IMG/VR virus record: IMGVR_UViG_3300029955_000077
Direction: 5' to 3' (one strand)
Origin: a virus
Length of the DNA: 37,227 nt
A program made the position numbers and the translations under genes. Shown piece by piece: positions 8,063 through 15,047 of the stretch. Within the stretch, counting starts at the first letter, position 1; every line of letters begins with the position of its first letter. The notes beneath the pieces are model-generated. The model did no database searches and was not told the origin of the DNA. It saw nothing but the letters and a program-made list of their open reading frames with translations.

Positions 8063-8136
8063 GCCTCCATCGGCAACTGGATAGTCAACATCGCTTCGAA
8101 CGATGATTAGTGTAAGATCGTACCTTACTGGGGGCA
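8063..8136 (+). tRNA. tRNA-Arg (anticodon UCG)
   Basis: Acceptor GCCTCCA/TGGGGGC, anticodon stem CATCG/CGATG with loop CTTCGAA, T-loop ATCGTAC (A at position 54), CCA encoded. Confidence 0.5.
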
Positions 8137-8144
8137 CCAAGTTT

Positions 8145-8372
8145 ATGAAGATTAATTTTCGAGGACAAATGGTCGAAGATAGGTCTGGTATAGACGAAGA
8201 TAAACAGTATCGTTGTACCGATTGTGGGAAGGTGACATTTGGTAAAGATTTATCTTTAGTTTCTTACCAAACTTCAATGGAAGTAAGGGGAGAACTTGTT
8301 CCTACAGGAGAAATGGTAATTAACACTCGTCTGTGTCCCGAAGATAGAGGACATGTAGTAGAAGAGATTTGA
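8145..8372 (+). CDS. zinc-ribbon protein (75 aa)
   Basis: ATG after the tRNA (the track ORF starts inside the tRNA). Motif CTDCGK...CPEDRGH. Confidence 0.45.
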   Translation: MKINFRGQMVEDRSGIDEDKQYRCTDCGKVTFGKDLSLVSYQTSMEVRGELVPTGEMVINTRLCPEDRGHVVEEI

Positions 8373-8376
8373 TTTT

Positions 8377-8460
8377 TGTGGAGTAAACCGTAATTGGCAG
8401 CGGGCTGCACTGTTAATGCAGTGTCGTAAGACTCTGGGGGTTCGAGACCCTCCTCCACAG
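8377..8460 (+). tRNA. type-II (long variable arm) tRNA with anticodon GUU. The body is Tyr-like but the anticodon is that of Asn.
   Basis: 84 nt. Acceptor TGTGGAG/CTCCACA, anticodon stem CTGCA/TGCAG with loop CTGTTAA, 14-nt variable arm with a GTC/GAC mini-stem, T-arm GGGGG-TTCGAGA-CCCTC, CCA encoded. Confidence 0.5.
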
Positions 8461-8469
8461 CCAAATTTT

Positions 8470-8559
8470 AGCGCTCCGGTAGAACAGGTGGGTCTTCAAC
8501 TCCCTTAGCTAGTTCATCGGTAAACACTCTTCGGGGTTGAAGCCGGGAGTAGCAGCGCT
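8470..8559 (+). ncRNA. long imperfect hairpin, possibly a structured RNA element
   Basis: AGCGCT...AGCGCT bracket an inner CTTCAAC(T)CCC / GGGGTTGAAG stem, followed by AAAAATTTTTA. Confidence 0.2.
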
Positions 8560-8681
8560 AAAAATTTTTATTGGGACGTAGGAAAACCGGCAACCCCACT
8601 GGGTTCTGACCCCAGCGACCAATTTGGTCACTGCATGTTCAAATCATGCCGTCCCAGCCAAAAATGATATTTAACGATTAT

Positions 8682-8753
8682 TCCTGCGTAGCTCAGGGGC
8701 AGAGCGAACGGCTGTTAACCGTTTGGTCGGTGGTTCGAATCCATCCGCAGGAG
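8682..8753 (+). tRNA. tRNA-Asn (anticodon GUU)
   Basis: Acceptor TCCTGCG/CGCAGGA, D-arm GCTC-AGGGGCA-GAGC, anticodon stem AACGG/CCGTT with loop CTGTTAA, T-arm GGTGG-TTCGAAT-CCATC, CCA encoded. Confidence 0.75.
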
Positions 8754-8834
8754 CCAAATTTGGGTCAGGAGGTCGGCGGTCTCGTACCCGATCTTCCCGT
8801 ATACTGTACGCCTTCGGGCTACAGGCAGATGACG

Positions 8835-8872
8835 GGTGTAGCTCAGTAGTAGAGCACCTGATCTAATTTACT
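8835..8872 (+). pseudogene. tRNA 5' fragment (acceptor and D-arm only)
   Basis: GGGTGTA-GCTC-AGTAGTA-GAGC resembles the 5' half of the following tRNA-like gene. No matching 3' half follows. Confidence 0.3.
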
Positions 8873-8960
8873 TTGAGCGAGTTACGTGGAAGGCAACTTT
8901 GTTCATGGAGGGCAACGACCAAAGCGACTCGCTCAATAAGTTTTGAAGTTTGAAGTCATG

Positions 8961-9031
8961 ATACACGTAGCTCAATTGGTAGAGCAGCGCCATTAACGGC
9001 GCTGATGTGGGTTCGATCCCCACCGTGAGGA
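8961..9031 (+). tRNA. tRNA-like gene or pseudo-tRNA with an atypical anticodon loop
   Basis: D-arm GCTC-AATTGGTA-GAGC, T-arm GTGGG-TTCGATC-CCCAC. The anticodon stem GCGCC/GGCGC encloses a 6-nt loop ATTAAC. The acceptor pairs weakly (ATACACG/CGTGAGG) and no CCA is encoded. Confidence 0.3.
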
Positions 9032-9111
9032 AGGCTTCTTGGGAGAAGATAGACACTTGATCAGTGGACCGTTTCGTGAAATCCTTCAATCCCACCGGTT
9101 TTAGAAAGTTT

Positions 9112-9184
9112 GCGTTGGTAGCTCAATTGGCGGAGCACTCGACTCTTAATCGATAGGCTGTGGGATCGTTGCCCACCCAGCGCA
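9112..9184 (+). tRNA. tRNA-Lys (anticodon CUU)
   Basis: Acceptor GCGTTGG/CCAGCGC, D-arm GCTC-AATTGGCG-GAGC, anticodon loop CTCTTAA, T-arm GTGGG-ATCGTTG-CCCAC, CCA encoded. Confidence 0.6.
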
Positions 9185-9228
9185 CCAAGATTTAGGAATT
9201 GATTATAAGCCAGTAAGCGTGTATTATT

Positions 9229-9381
9229 ATGATTGACCCAAATCATCTCTACACTTTGCATCAGACATACACAGGAACTGATTGTGCTTTGTGCGGGAAG
9301 CCAGCGACAGAGCATCCATTAGAGTATTGGATGATTAACGGTAAACAACAAGAATTAGTTAGAATTCATATTGGGGAATGA
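9229..9381 (+). CDS. small CxxC protein (50 aa)
   Basis: ATG ORF with CALCG. Its 3' end overlaps tRNA-Phe by 9 nt. Confidence 0.25.
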   Translation: MIDPNHLYTLHQTYTGTDCALCGKPATEHPLEYWMINGKQQELVRIHIGE

Positions 9382-9445
9382 GCTAGTAGGGTTATAGCGT
9401 TCCGCTGAAGACGGAAAGAATCCAGTTCAACTCTGGGATTCCCCA
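9373..9445 (+). tRNA. tRNA-Phe (anticodon GAA)
   Basis: Acceptor GGGGAAT/ATTCCCC, D-arm GCTA-GTAGGGTTA-TAGC, anticodon stem TTCCG/CGGAA with loop CTGAAGA, T-arm TCCAG-TTCAACT-CTGGG, CCA encoded. Confidence 0.7.
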
Positions 9446-9545
9446 CCAAATTTAAAAAGGAGAAGTAAAATGAACTACATGAATTTAAAACAGGAGGTAC
9501 AAAATATGCATACTCATTAAGATACTGCAAAGGAGCGGTAGAACT

Positions 9546-10361
9546 ATGCGCCCAGACATGGCCAAACTCCTCACTGAAGCTGAGAGGTACGGTTCAAAAA
9601 ACCGATCTCAGAAGTGGGGTAAGCGGTTCAAATATAACCCTGATTCGGACTACGATGATCAACCATATCGTGCTTCGATGTCCCGACATCGGCAAGATGA
9701 CTGCGGGAAAAACCTTAGCGATGTACTCAACCCATTAAAGGGTTATCTCCACAAAAGCGTGGGACGCCATTGGGATGATGTCTACAGTGAAATTTGTCAA
9801 AACCTTGATCGTCGTAGTGTAACTGGATTACATGTATTCACTCATCTTTGGCAATTCGTAGCCAAAAATACTGTGATGTGCATTGACGGAAAGGTACGAG
9901 AATGGGCCGGTGGTGGCGGCTATTTGACTGAGCCCTATAATTATTATATCCACCCATATACCGGGATTTTGTGCGACAGTGGGTACAGCGGATGGCGCGA
10001 ATGGCGGCGCAGCAATCGCACCAGGAAAGAAAAGCCCGTCACCGAGATTCGACTTTCGGACATCGGGCGTTACGAGAAGTTCGACGGCATCTGGTACTAC
10101 TGCGAGAACTACGCTATCAAGCACGAGGGCAAGACGCTGATTCGTCCGGGCTATTTCCGGGTCAATGACGCCATCAAGATCGATGGCGAAGTCAACGAGG
10201 AAGGCGAGCCCTTGGTTTTTTACTTAATCAAATGGACTGAGCACATCAGCACGAAACGCCAGCTTAACCGGAAAGAACTGAAAAAAGCAGGATTGAAAAA
10301 TGACCCTCCGAATCCTAAAGCTTTCAGCAGACGGGAACGAAAGGCTTTGGAGAGAAAGTAA
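9546..10361 (+). CDS. hypothetical protein (271 aa) with a compositionally mosaic C-terminal half
   Basis: Long ORF. The segment at roughly 9960-10215 is markedly more GC-rich than the N-terminal half. Confidence 0.6.
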   Translation: MRPDMAKLLTEAERYGSKNRSQKWGKRFKYNPDSDYDDQPYRASMSRHRQDDCGKNLSDVLNPLKGYLHKSVGRHWDDVYSEICQNLDRRSVTGLHVFTHLWQFVAKNTVMCIDGKVREWAGGGGYLTEPYNYYIHPYTGILCDSGYSGWREWRRSNRTRKEKPVTEIRLSDIGRYEKFDGIWYYCENYAIKHEGKTLIRPGYFRVNDAIKIDGEVNEEGEPLVFYLIKWTEHISTKRQLNRKELKKAGLKNDPPNPKAFSRRERKALERK

Positions 10362-10430
10362 GTATTAGGGGGTATGAGCAGAATGCAAAATGTTTTAGGC
10401 TTTTAGACTCCTTAGAAAGGAAGGTAAATT

Positions 10431-10976
10431 ATGGCAGACACTTTAATTCTTGACCAAAACTGGCAACCACAGTCTTTTTGTAACTGGCAGAACGCTGTGA
10501 AATTGATATATGAAGGGCGTGCTCAAGTTATCAAAGAAGACGAGGGTGGGCGCATTTTACGGTCTCCTTCTCTGGAATGGAAGATGCCAAGGGTTATTGT
10601 TGTCAAAAACGCTTGGGTTCGTAGGAAGCGTTTGTCCGTTCCTTTCTCCAGACGCAACATCGCGGTTAGGGATAATAGCGGGTGTCAGTACTGCGGTAGG
10701 GTATTGAAGACTCAGGAATATACTCTTGACCACGTAATGCCTCGTTCTCAAGGTGGTGTATCTTCATGGACCAATTTGGTGCTCGCCTGTGTGCGCTGCA
10801 ACAAGCGTAAGGCCGGTCAGACACCTAAGGAAGCTGGCATGCACTTACTTAAGCAGCCCGTGGAGCCGAAGAAGGACGATCCGAAGTACAACTTCAAGCT
10901 TCACATTAACAAGCTACGGCCAGAATGGAAAGAGTGGGAAACCTGGCTATATTGGAATGTGGAACTAGAAGCGTAG
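10431..10976 (+). CDS. HNH endonuclease (McrA-like)
   Basis: GGAAGG Shine-Dalgarno site. Motif CQYCG...LDHVMPRSQGG...NLVLACVRCNKRK. Confidence 0.8.
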   Translation: MADTLILDQNWQPQSFCNWQNAVKLIYEGRAQVIKEDEGGRILRSPSLEWKMPRVIVVKNAWVRRKRLSVPFSRRNIAVRDNSGCQYCGRVLKTQEYTLDHVMPRSQGGVSSWTNLVLACVRCNKRKAGQTPKEAGMHLLKQPVEPKKDDPKYNFKLHINKLRPEWKEWETWLYWNVELEA

Positions 10977-11074
10977 AAGCTTTGACACGATCCTTTACGT
11001 GTCACATCTGGTCCCGGATGTGCTGACCCAGCTTAAAGGGTAGGGACTACCAATTTATGAACGGAAGTTGAGCC

Positions 11075-11148
11075 ATCCTCGTACCGGCCTCGTTTCCTAA
11101 ACGAGTAACCGTAAAGGAGCAATGTGGGTTCGAGTCCCACCGAGGATA
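11075..11148 (+). tRNA. tRNA-like element with a CCU anticodon-like hairpin and no canonical D-arm
   Basis: 74 nt. Perfect acceptor ATCCTCG/CGAGGAT, T-arm GTGGG-TTCGAGT-CCCAC, CCA encoded. A CTCGT-TTCCTAA-ACGAG hairpin sits where the D-arm should be, followed by an 18-nt extra segment. Confidence 0.3.
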
Positions 11149-11158
11149 CCAGGTTTTT

Positions 11159-11333
11159 ATGTACATCAAATGCAGCATATTCGATGTGGATTTGGATCAT
11201 GTATTTGATGAGCTGCTTTTGCAGTTGACAGAAATAACACTTCCTGATACACTGGAACTTGATGATCGAAAGATAGATAATCAAGAAGATTATAAACTAC
11301 GAGAGTATTTATTGAAGGCTACAAAATAAGCAT
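11159..11333 (+). CDS. possible small acidic protein (58 aa)
   Basis: ATG ORF whose stop lies inside the start of the dispersed repeat. The Shine-Dalgarno site is weak. Confidence 0.2.
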
Positions 11334-11547
11334 TGAAGGTCTTGCGAAAACCAAGCTGGCTAAATCAATGCTGGATGTTGCATTCGGGAAATAAGAATTA
11401 AGAATTCTCGACGCCTTGGGATACATGGAGTCGTTAAACGACTGCGGACAGTGTGTAAGTCTGGCGAAAGCCAGCAGCGCTGGTTGAAACAGTTAAGGGC
11501 GGCGTTAGCCGCCTAGAATCTCCCGCCTTTAGGCGTGGGAGTATCAA
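11314..11547 (+). repeat. dispersed structured repeat, copy 1 (234 bp)
   Basis: About 85-90% identical to 36408-36620, with two small insertions. It contains conserved hairpins GTCG-TTAAA-CGAC and GGCGGC-loop-GCCGCC. Confidence 0.8.
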
Positions 11548-11631
11548 TATGATGGTAATTCTTAACAACACGCTCACCACGCTTCACCTCAGACCTAAAC
11601 GCTAAATTTCCGCGTTCAAAAATCTCTAAAT

Positions 11632-11703
11632 GCCTCTATCGTCCAACTGGAAGGGCACCGGCCTTCTAAGCCGTGGATCCGGGTTCAAGTCCTGGTGGAG
11701 GTA
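11632..11703 (+). tRNA. tRNA-Arg (anticodon UCU)
   Basis: Acceptor GCCTCTA/TGGAGGT, D-arm GTCC-AACTGGAA-GGGC, anticodon loop CTTCTAA, T-arm CCGGG-TTCAAGT-CCTGG, CCA encoded. Confidence 0.65.
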
Positions 11704-11717
11704 CCAAAAATTTTAAT

Positions 11718-11790
11718 GCCCCCGTAGCTCAGTTGGTAGAGCCACCGCCTTTTAAGCGGAGGGTCGCTGGATCGTTCCCGGCCGGGGGTA
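11718..11790 (+). tRNA. tRNA-Lys (anticodon UUU), copy 1
   Basis: Acceptor GCCCCCG/CGGGGGT, D-arm GCTC-AGTTGGTA-GAGC, anticodon loop CTTTTAA, T-arm GCTGG-ATCGTTC-CCGGC, CCA encoded. Confidence 0.65.
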
Positions 11791-11799
11791 CCAAACTTT

Positions 11800-11872
11800 G
11801 GGTGTATCGTCTAATGGCTAAGACCCCGATCTTTTAAATCGGCCGATTTCGGTTCGAGTCCGAATGCACCCA
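11800..11872 (+). tRNA. tRNA-Lys (anticodon UUU), copy 2
   Basis: Acceptor GGGTGTA/TGCACCC, D-arm GTCT-AATGGCTA-AGAC, anticodon stem CCGAT/ATCGG with loop CTTTTAA, T-arm TTCGG-TTCGAGT-CCGAA, CCA encoded. Confidence 0.7.
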
Positions 11873-11961
11873 CCAAATATTCTACTTGACAAATTCCCTT
11901 AAAACCTCTTAAAGTAAAAATAGGTAACCGAAACCTCGTCAGACCAACCGGAGATGTTTTA

Positions 11962-12315
11962 ATGCCCAAATACGATTACTACAAGGTGCTCGAATCGCTC
12001 GAACAGGAATTGCGCGTACTTCCAGCCGAGGTTCAGGCGCTCGCTTACGAGTTCAAAGAATTGATTGTCAAACACTACGCGGCGCTGACTCCGCAGTACA
12101 AAAAGAAGTTATCAATCCGTTTTCCGTTCAAAGCGGGCAAGAGTCGCTTTGGTGGTGACAACATCAACGTTAAGTACACCATCGAAGTATGTTCGAGAAC
12201 CGAGCCCTGTCTCGATCAACCTCTTAAGATCCAGACTCTTAAGATTTATGTTAAGAGTCGCTTCGTTGAGAAGGATCAGTGGGAACCAATCAACTTGCCT
12301 TGGGATAAGGCGTGA
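11962..12315 (+). CDS. hypothetical protein (117 aa)
   Basis: ATG ORF downstream of the tRNA island. Confidence 0.5.
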   Translation: MPKYDYYKVLESLEQELRVLPAEVQALAYEFKELIVKHYAALTPQYKKKLSIRFPFKAGKSRFGGDNINVKYTIEVCSRTEPCLDQPLKIQTLKIYVKSRFVEKDQWEPINLPWDKA

Positions 12316-12449
12316 AGTGCGGAACCACAGTATTAGTACAGCACCAAAATACGACACTATCATAGAACCTTTCCTTCCCCTGAAAATAATTATCGATAAT
12401 CTATTGATTTTTTTCTCTACGTAGTGCATCATATGCAGTATTAAGAATT

Positions 12450-12463
12450 TGCGCAACTGCGCT
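12450..12463. promoter_or_regulatory. palindrome TGCGCA-AC-TGCGC upstream of the permease, a candidate operator
   Basis: Perfect 5-bp inverted repeat lying 10-24 nt before the permease start. Confidence 0.25.
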
Positions 12464-12473
12464 ACAAAGGCTA

Positions 12474-13790
12474 ATGATGAAAAAAGAAATGACCCTTTTG
12501 GGTCTAGTCGCCGCTACGTATTTTATGGTAAGCGGAGGCCCGTACGGTCTAGAAGACCTAATTGCTCAAACTGGTTACGGATGGGGAATACTCATTCTTT
12601 GCTTAGTGCCCTTCCTGTGGGCACTGCCAACCGCTATGATGGTTGGTGAACTCGCCTCTGCGATACCGAATCGCGGGGGTTTTTATATTTGGGTGCAACG
12701 TGCCCTTGGAAAATTTTGGGGATTCCAGGAAGCTTGGCTTTCATTAGCGGCTTCCATATTTGATATGGGAATCTACCCGCTACTTTTTATTTCTTACCTG
12801 GGTGTATTGGCTCCAAGTTTCACCGCAGGGTGGCACGGCTCGCTTATAGCAACGGCTCTAATCGCTGTTTGCGTATTGTGGAACCTTCGGGGTGCCAAAG
12901 CTGTAGGAAACGGCTCTGTGGCGTTAGGAGCCCTTATGGTGAGCCCTTTTGTGATTATCACCCTAGCAGCTCTCCGACACGCCCATCTGACCCATGTTAC
13001 GGGTCATCCTCACGCCGTCAGTCTTATGGGCGGTATTATGGTCGCTATGTGGAACTTCATGGGTTGGGATAACGCCAGCACCATAGCCACAGAAGTCAAA
13101 AAACCTCAACGAACCTACCCCATCGCCATGATGGTGACTATGCTGTTGATTGTTGGAAGCTATATTCTCCCCGTAGCAGCGTCTTGGTATCTGGGAGTAC
13201 CCCTGTCTGCCTGGTCAACAGGGAGTTGGGCGACTATTGGTGAAATCATCGCGGGTTCTTGGGTACGAGACGCCATTGTACTGGGTGGAATGATCAGTGC
13301 AGCGGGGATGTTGAACTCCCTCATGATGAGCTATTCTCGTATTCCCCCAGCGCTGGCTGAAGATCATTATCTGCCTCGCATATTCACAAAAATAAATGCA
13401 GTGTCAGTTCCCATGATAGCTTTATTTGCCTTGGCGACAGTTTGGGCAACAGCGTTCGGTTTGAATTTTGACCGTCTGGTGATGCTGGATATTTTACTTT
13501 ATGGAACGAGTCTTATTCTGGAGTTTATCGCTTTAGTGGTATTGCGTTGGAAAGAACCAGATTTGCCTCGACCTTTTCGTGTGCCTGGGGGAAAATTGGG
13601 CGCTATCTTGGTAGGAGTTTGCCCAACGATACTTCTCTTCGCGGCCGGTATTTTTGGGGATCATAACGGACTATTGCTAGGCTTAGGCATGATTCTATCC
13701 GGGGTGGGTGCTTGGTGTGGAATTCATGGATTTCGTGCCGCTAAATATGAAAAAATCGCTCCCACTTTCTCAACTACCACGATCCCCTAA
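12474..13790 (+). CDS. APC-family amino-acid/polyamine permease (about 12 transmembrane segments)
   Basis: Hydrophobic throughout. The GGPYGLE and GELASAIPNRGGFYIWVQRALG motifs are typical of APC transporters. AAAGG Shine-Dalgarno site. Confidence 0.75.
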   Translation: MMKKEMTLLGLVAATYFMVSGGPYGLEDLIAQTGYGWGILILCLVPFLWALPTAMMVGELASAIPNRGGFYIWVQRALGKFWGFQEAWLSLAASIFDMGIYPLLFISYLGVLAPSFTAGWHGSLIATALIAVCVLWNLRGAKAVGNGSVALGALMVSPFVIITLAALRHAHLTHVTGHPHAVSLMGGIMVAMWNFMGWDNASTIATEVKKPQRTYPIAMMVTMLLIVGSYILPVAASWYLGVPLSAWSTGSWATIGEIIAGSWVRDAIVLGGMISAAGMLNSLMMSYSRIPPALAEDHYLPRIFTKINAVSVPMIALFALATVWATAFGLNFDRLVMLDILLYGTSLILEFIALVVLRWKEPDLPRPFRVPGGKLGAILVGVCPTILLFAAGIFGDHNGLLLGLGMILSGVGAWCGIHGFRAAKYEKIAPTFSTTTIP

Positions 13791-13804
13791 TAGAGGTGTT
13801 TTTT

Positions 13805-14110
13805 ATGGGATCTAATTTTTCACTCGCGGTTATTGTTAACAATCTAACCACTATTTTCGGTATTCTAGCAGGATTGCCAGTTCTAGTAATTGCATCCTGT
13901 CAAACTGCCGGAGTTGTTTTGGATTCAACTTTAACGCATGTACTTGCACTCGTTGGAGCAATCGGTTTAATTGGTCTTGGTGTTGTAGCTAAAGCATTTA
14001 ATGTCCACTCTACTGTGGCGCAGACACAAGCTTCGACAGCTGTAGTCACAAATAATCCACAAGCCCCTGAAATGGTTGCTGCGGCAAACAAACAAGCAGG
14101 AGGTAAATAG
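13805..14110 (+). CDS. small membrane protein (2 transmembrane segments)
   Basis: AGAGG Shine-Dalgarno site 8 nt before the ATG. Hydrophobic N-terminal half. Confidence 0.5.
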   Translation: MGSNFSLAVIVNNLTTIFGILAGLPVLVIASCQTAGVVLDSTLTHVLALVGAIGLIGLGVVAKAFNVHSTVAQTQASTAVVTNNPQAPEMVAAANKQAGGK

Positions 14111-14164
14111 CAACTTTTTTGCTGCTTGGGTGTTATAATAGTGTTAAAGAGTAAGGAGACAATT

Positions 14165-14632
14165 ATGCGTAAATCATTGTTTTGGCTGTTTTCAACCTTC
14201 CTATTTTTCACTCTCCCTGTGTATGCTCAGCATTCCACTGGCGGTTCTCATGGTGGCGGTGGGACTCATGGTGGCTCACAGCATGGCGGTAATGTGCATG
14301 CAGGGGGTGCTGTACACCAAGGAGTGCAACAACGCTCTGCTCATTCTAGGATTTCCCGCGGGCATTTCCATAACGGAAGATTTGATCATGGTTACTTCGC
14401 GGGTCATTGGGGAGCTGGCAATCCCTTTTTCTGGGGTGAATGCCGTTGGTGGGGTCCACGATTCGGCATAGGTAGCTGGTTCTGGTACAATGATGCCTAC
14501 TTTGTGATTTTGGAGCCTATTCCATCCGACTGGTACGATGATGAAGTGTATGTAGATGAATACGATGGCGGATATGTTCTAGTAAATCCAATGTACCCCG
14601 GAGTACATTTCGGTGTTAGAGTAAGATTATAA
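14165..14632 (+). CDS. secreted His/Gly-rich protein (signal peptide plus GxHGG repeats and a Trp-rich C-terminus)
   Basis: AGGAG Shine-Dalgarno site 8 nt upstream. N-terminus MRKSLFWLFSTFLFFTLPVYA-Q looks like a signal peptide, followed by GGSHGGGGTHGGSQHGGNVHAGG. Confidence 0.6.
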   Translation: MRKSLFWLFSTFLFFTLPVYAQHSTGGSHGGGGTHGGSQHGGNVHAGGAVHQGVQQRSAHSRISRGHFHNGRFDHGYFAGHWGAGNPFFWGECRWWGPRFGIGSWFWYNDAYFVILEPIPSDWYDDEVYVDEYDGGYVLVNPMYPGVHFGVRVRL

Positions 14633-14664
14633 CTCTAATTTAACAAACTTTTGCGTATTTATTT

Positions 14665-14694
14665 GAGGGGCTATATCTTAGCCCCTTTATTTTA
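14665..14694 (+). terminator. rho-independent terminator
   Basis: AGGGGC-loop-GCCCCT followed by TTATTTTAT. Confidence 0.55.
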
Positions 14695-15047
14695 TGCTTA
14701 CTGAAGAAATTCGAGTTTTCAATTCCGATATTCAAACTTACTATTATCTTCACATTCGTAAAGATAGAGTACAGGCTTTTTATAGCCTTATAGCACAAGA
14801 ACGACACCCAGCACGGGTTTCCTCCATGCCTGGGTTAAGCTGGGCTGCTATCTCTGGTTTGGATGCTATTTTTGAACGCCGACCTTTAAAATTTCCCGTC
14901 TACGATATCTTACATTGGTTTTGTGATAACGCCCTTACTTACGCCCCACAATTTGATCCTCCACTTACCCAAGCGGAAATAGAACATGCTTTAGAGCGAT
15001 TCGCAACTCTATATCCCCCTGATGTTTTAACTGAGAATAGAGTATGA
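14694..15047 (+). CDS. hypothetical protein (117 aa)
   Basis: ATG ORF. Confidence 0.45.
   Translation: MLTEEIRVFNSDIQTYYYLHIRKDRVQAFYSLIAQERHPARVSSMPGLSWAAISGLDAIFERRPLKFPVYDILHWFCDNALTYAPQFDPPLTQAEIEHALERFATLYPPDVLTENRV

Noticed and set aside
8873-8960. Group I intron interrupting a tRNA between the 5' fragment and the tRNA-like gene
   Set aside because: The intervening segment is about 90 nt, far too short for a group I intron, and there are no P7/P3 core motifs.
11014-11052. Minihelix ending in GGGACTACCA upstream of the tRNA-like element
   Set aside because: Only an acceptor-like pairing (GGTCCCG/AGGGACT) with no T-loop or other arms. It is probably a remnant or a chance hairpin.
11457-11516. 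An apparent tmRNA-like tag reading frame ending in ...AALAA-stop inside repeat copy 1
   Set aside because: The Ala codons come from the GC-rich hairpin GGCGGC-gtta-GCCGCC. Copy 2 has a 1-nt deletion that breaks the frame, and no tRNA-like acceptor or T-arm domain flanks it.
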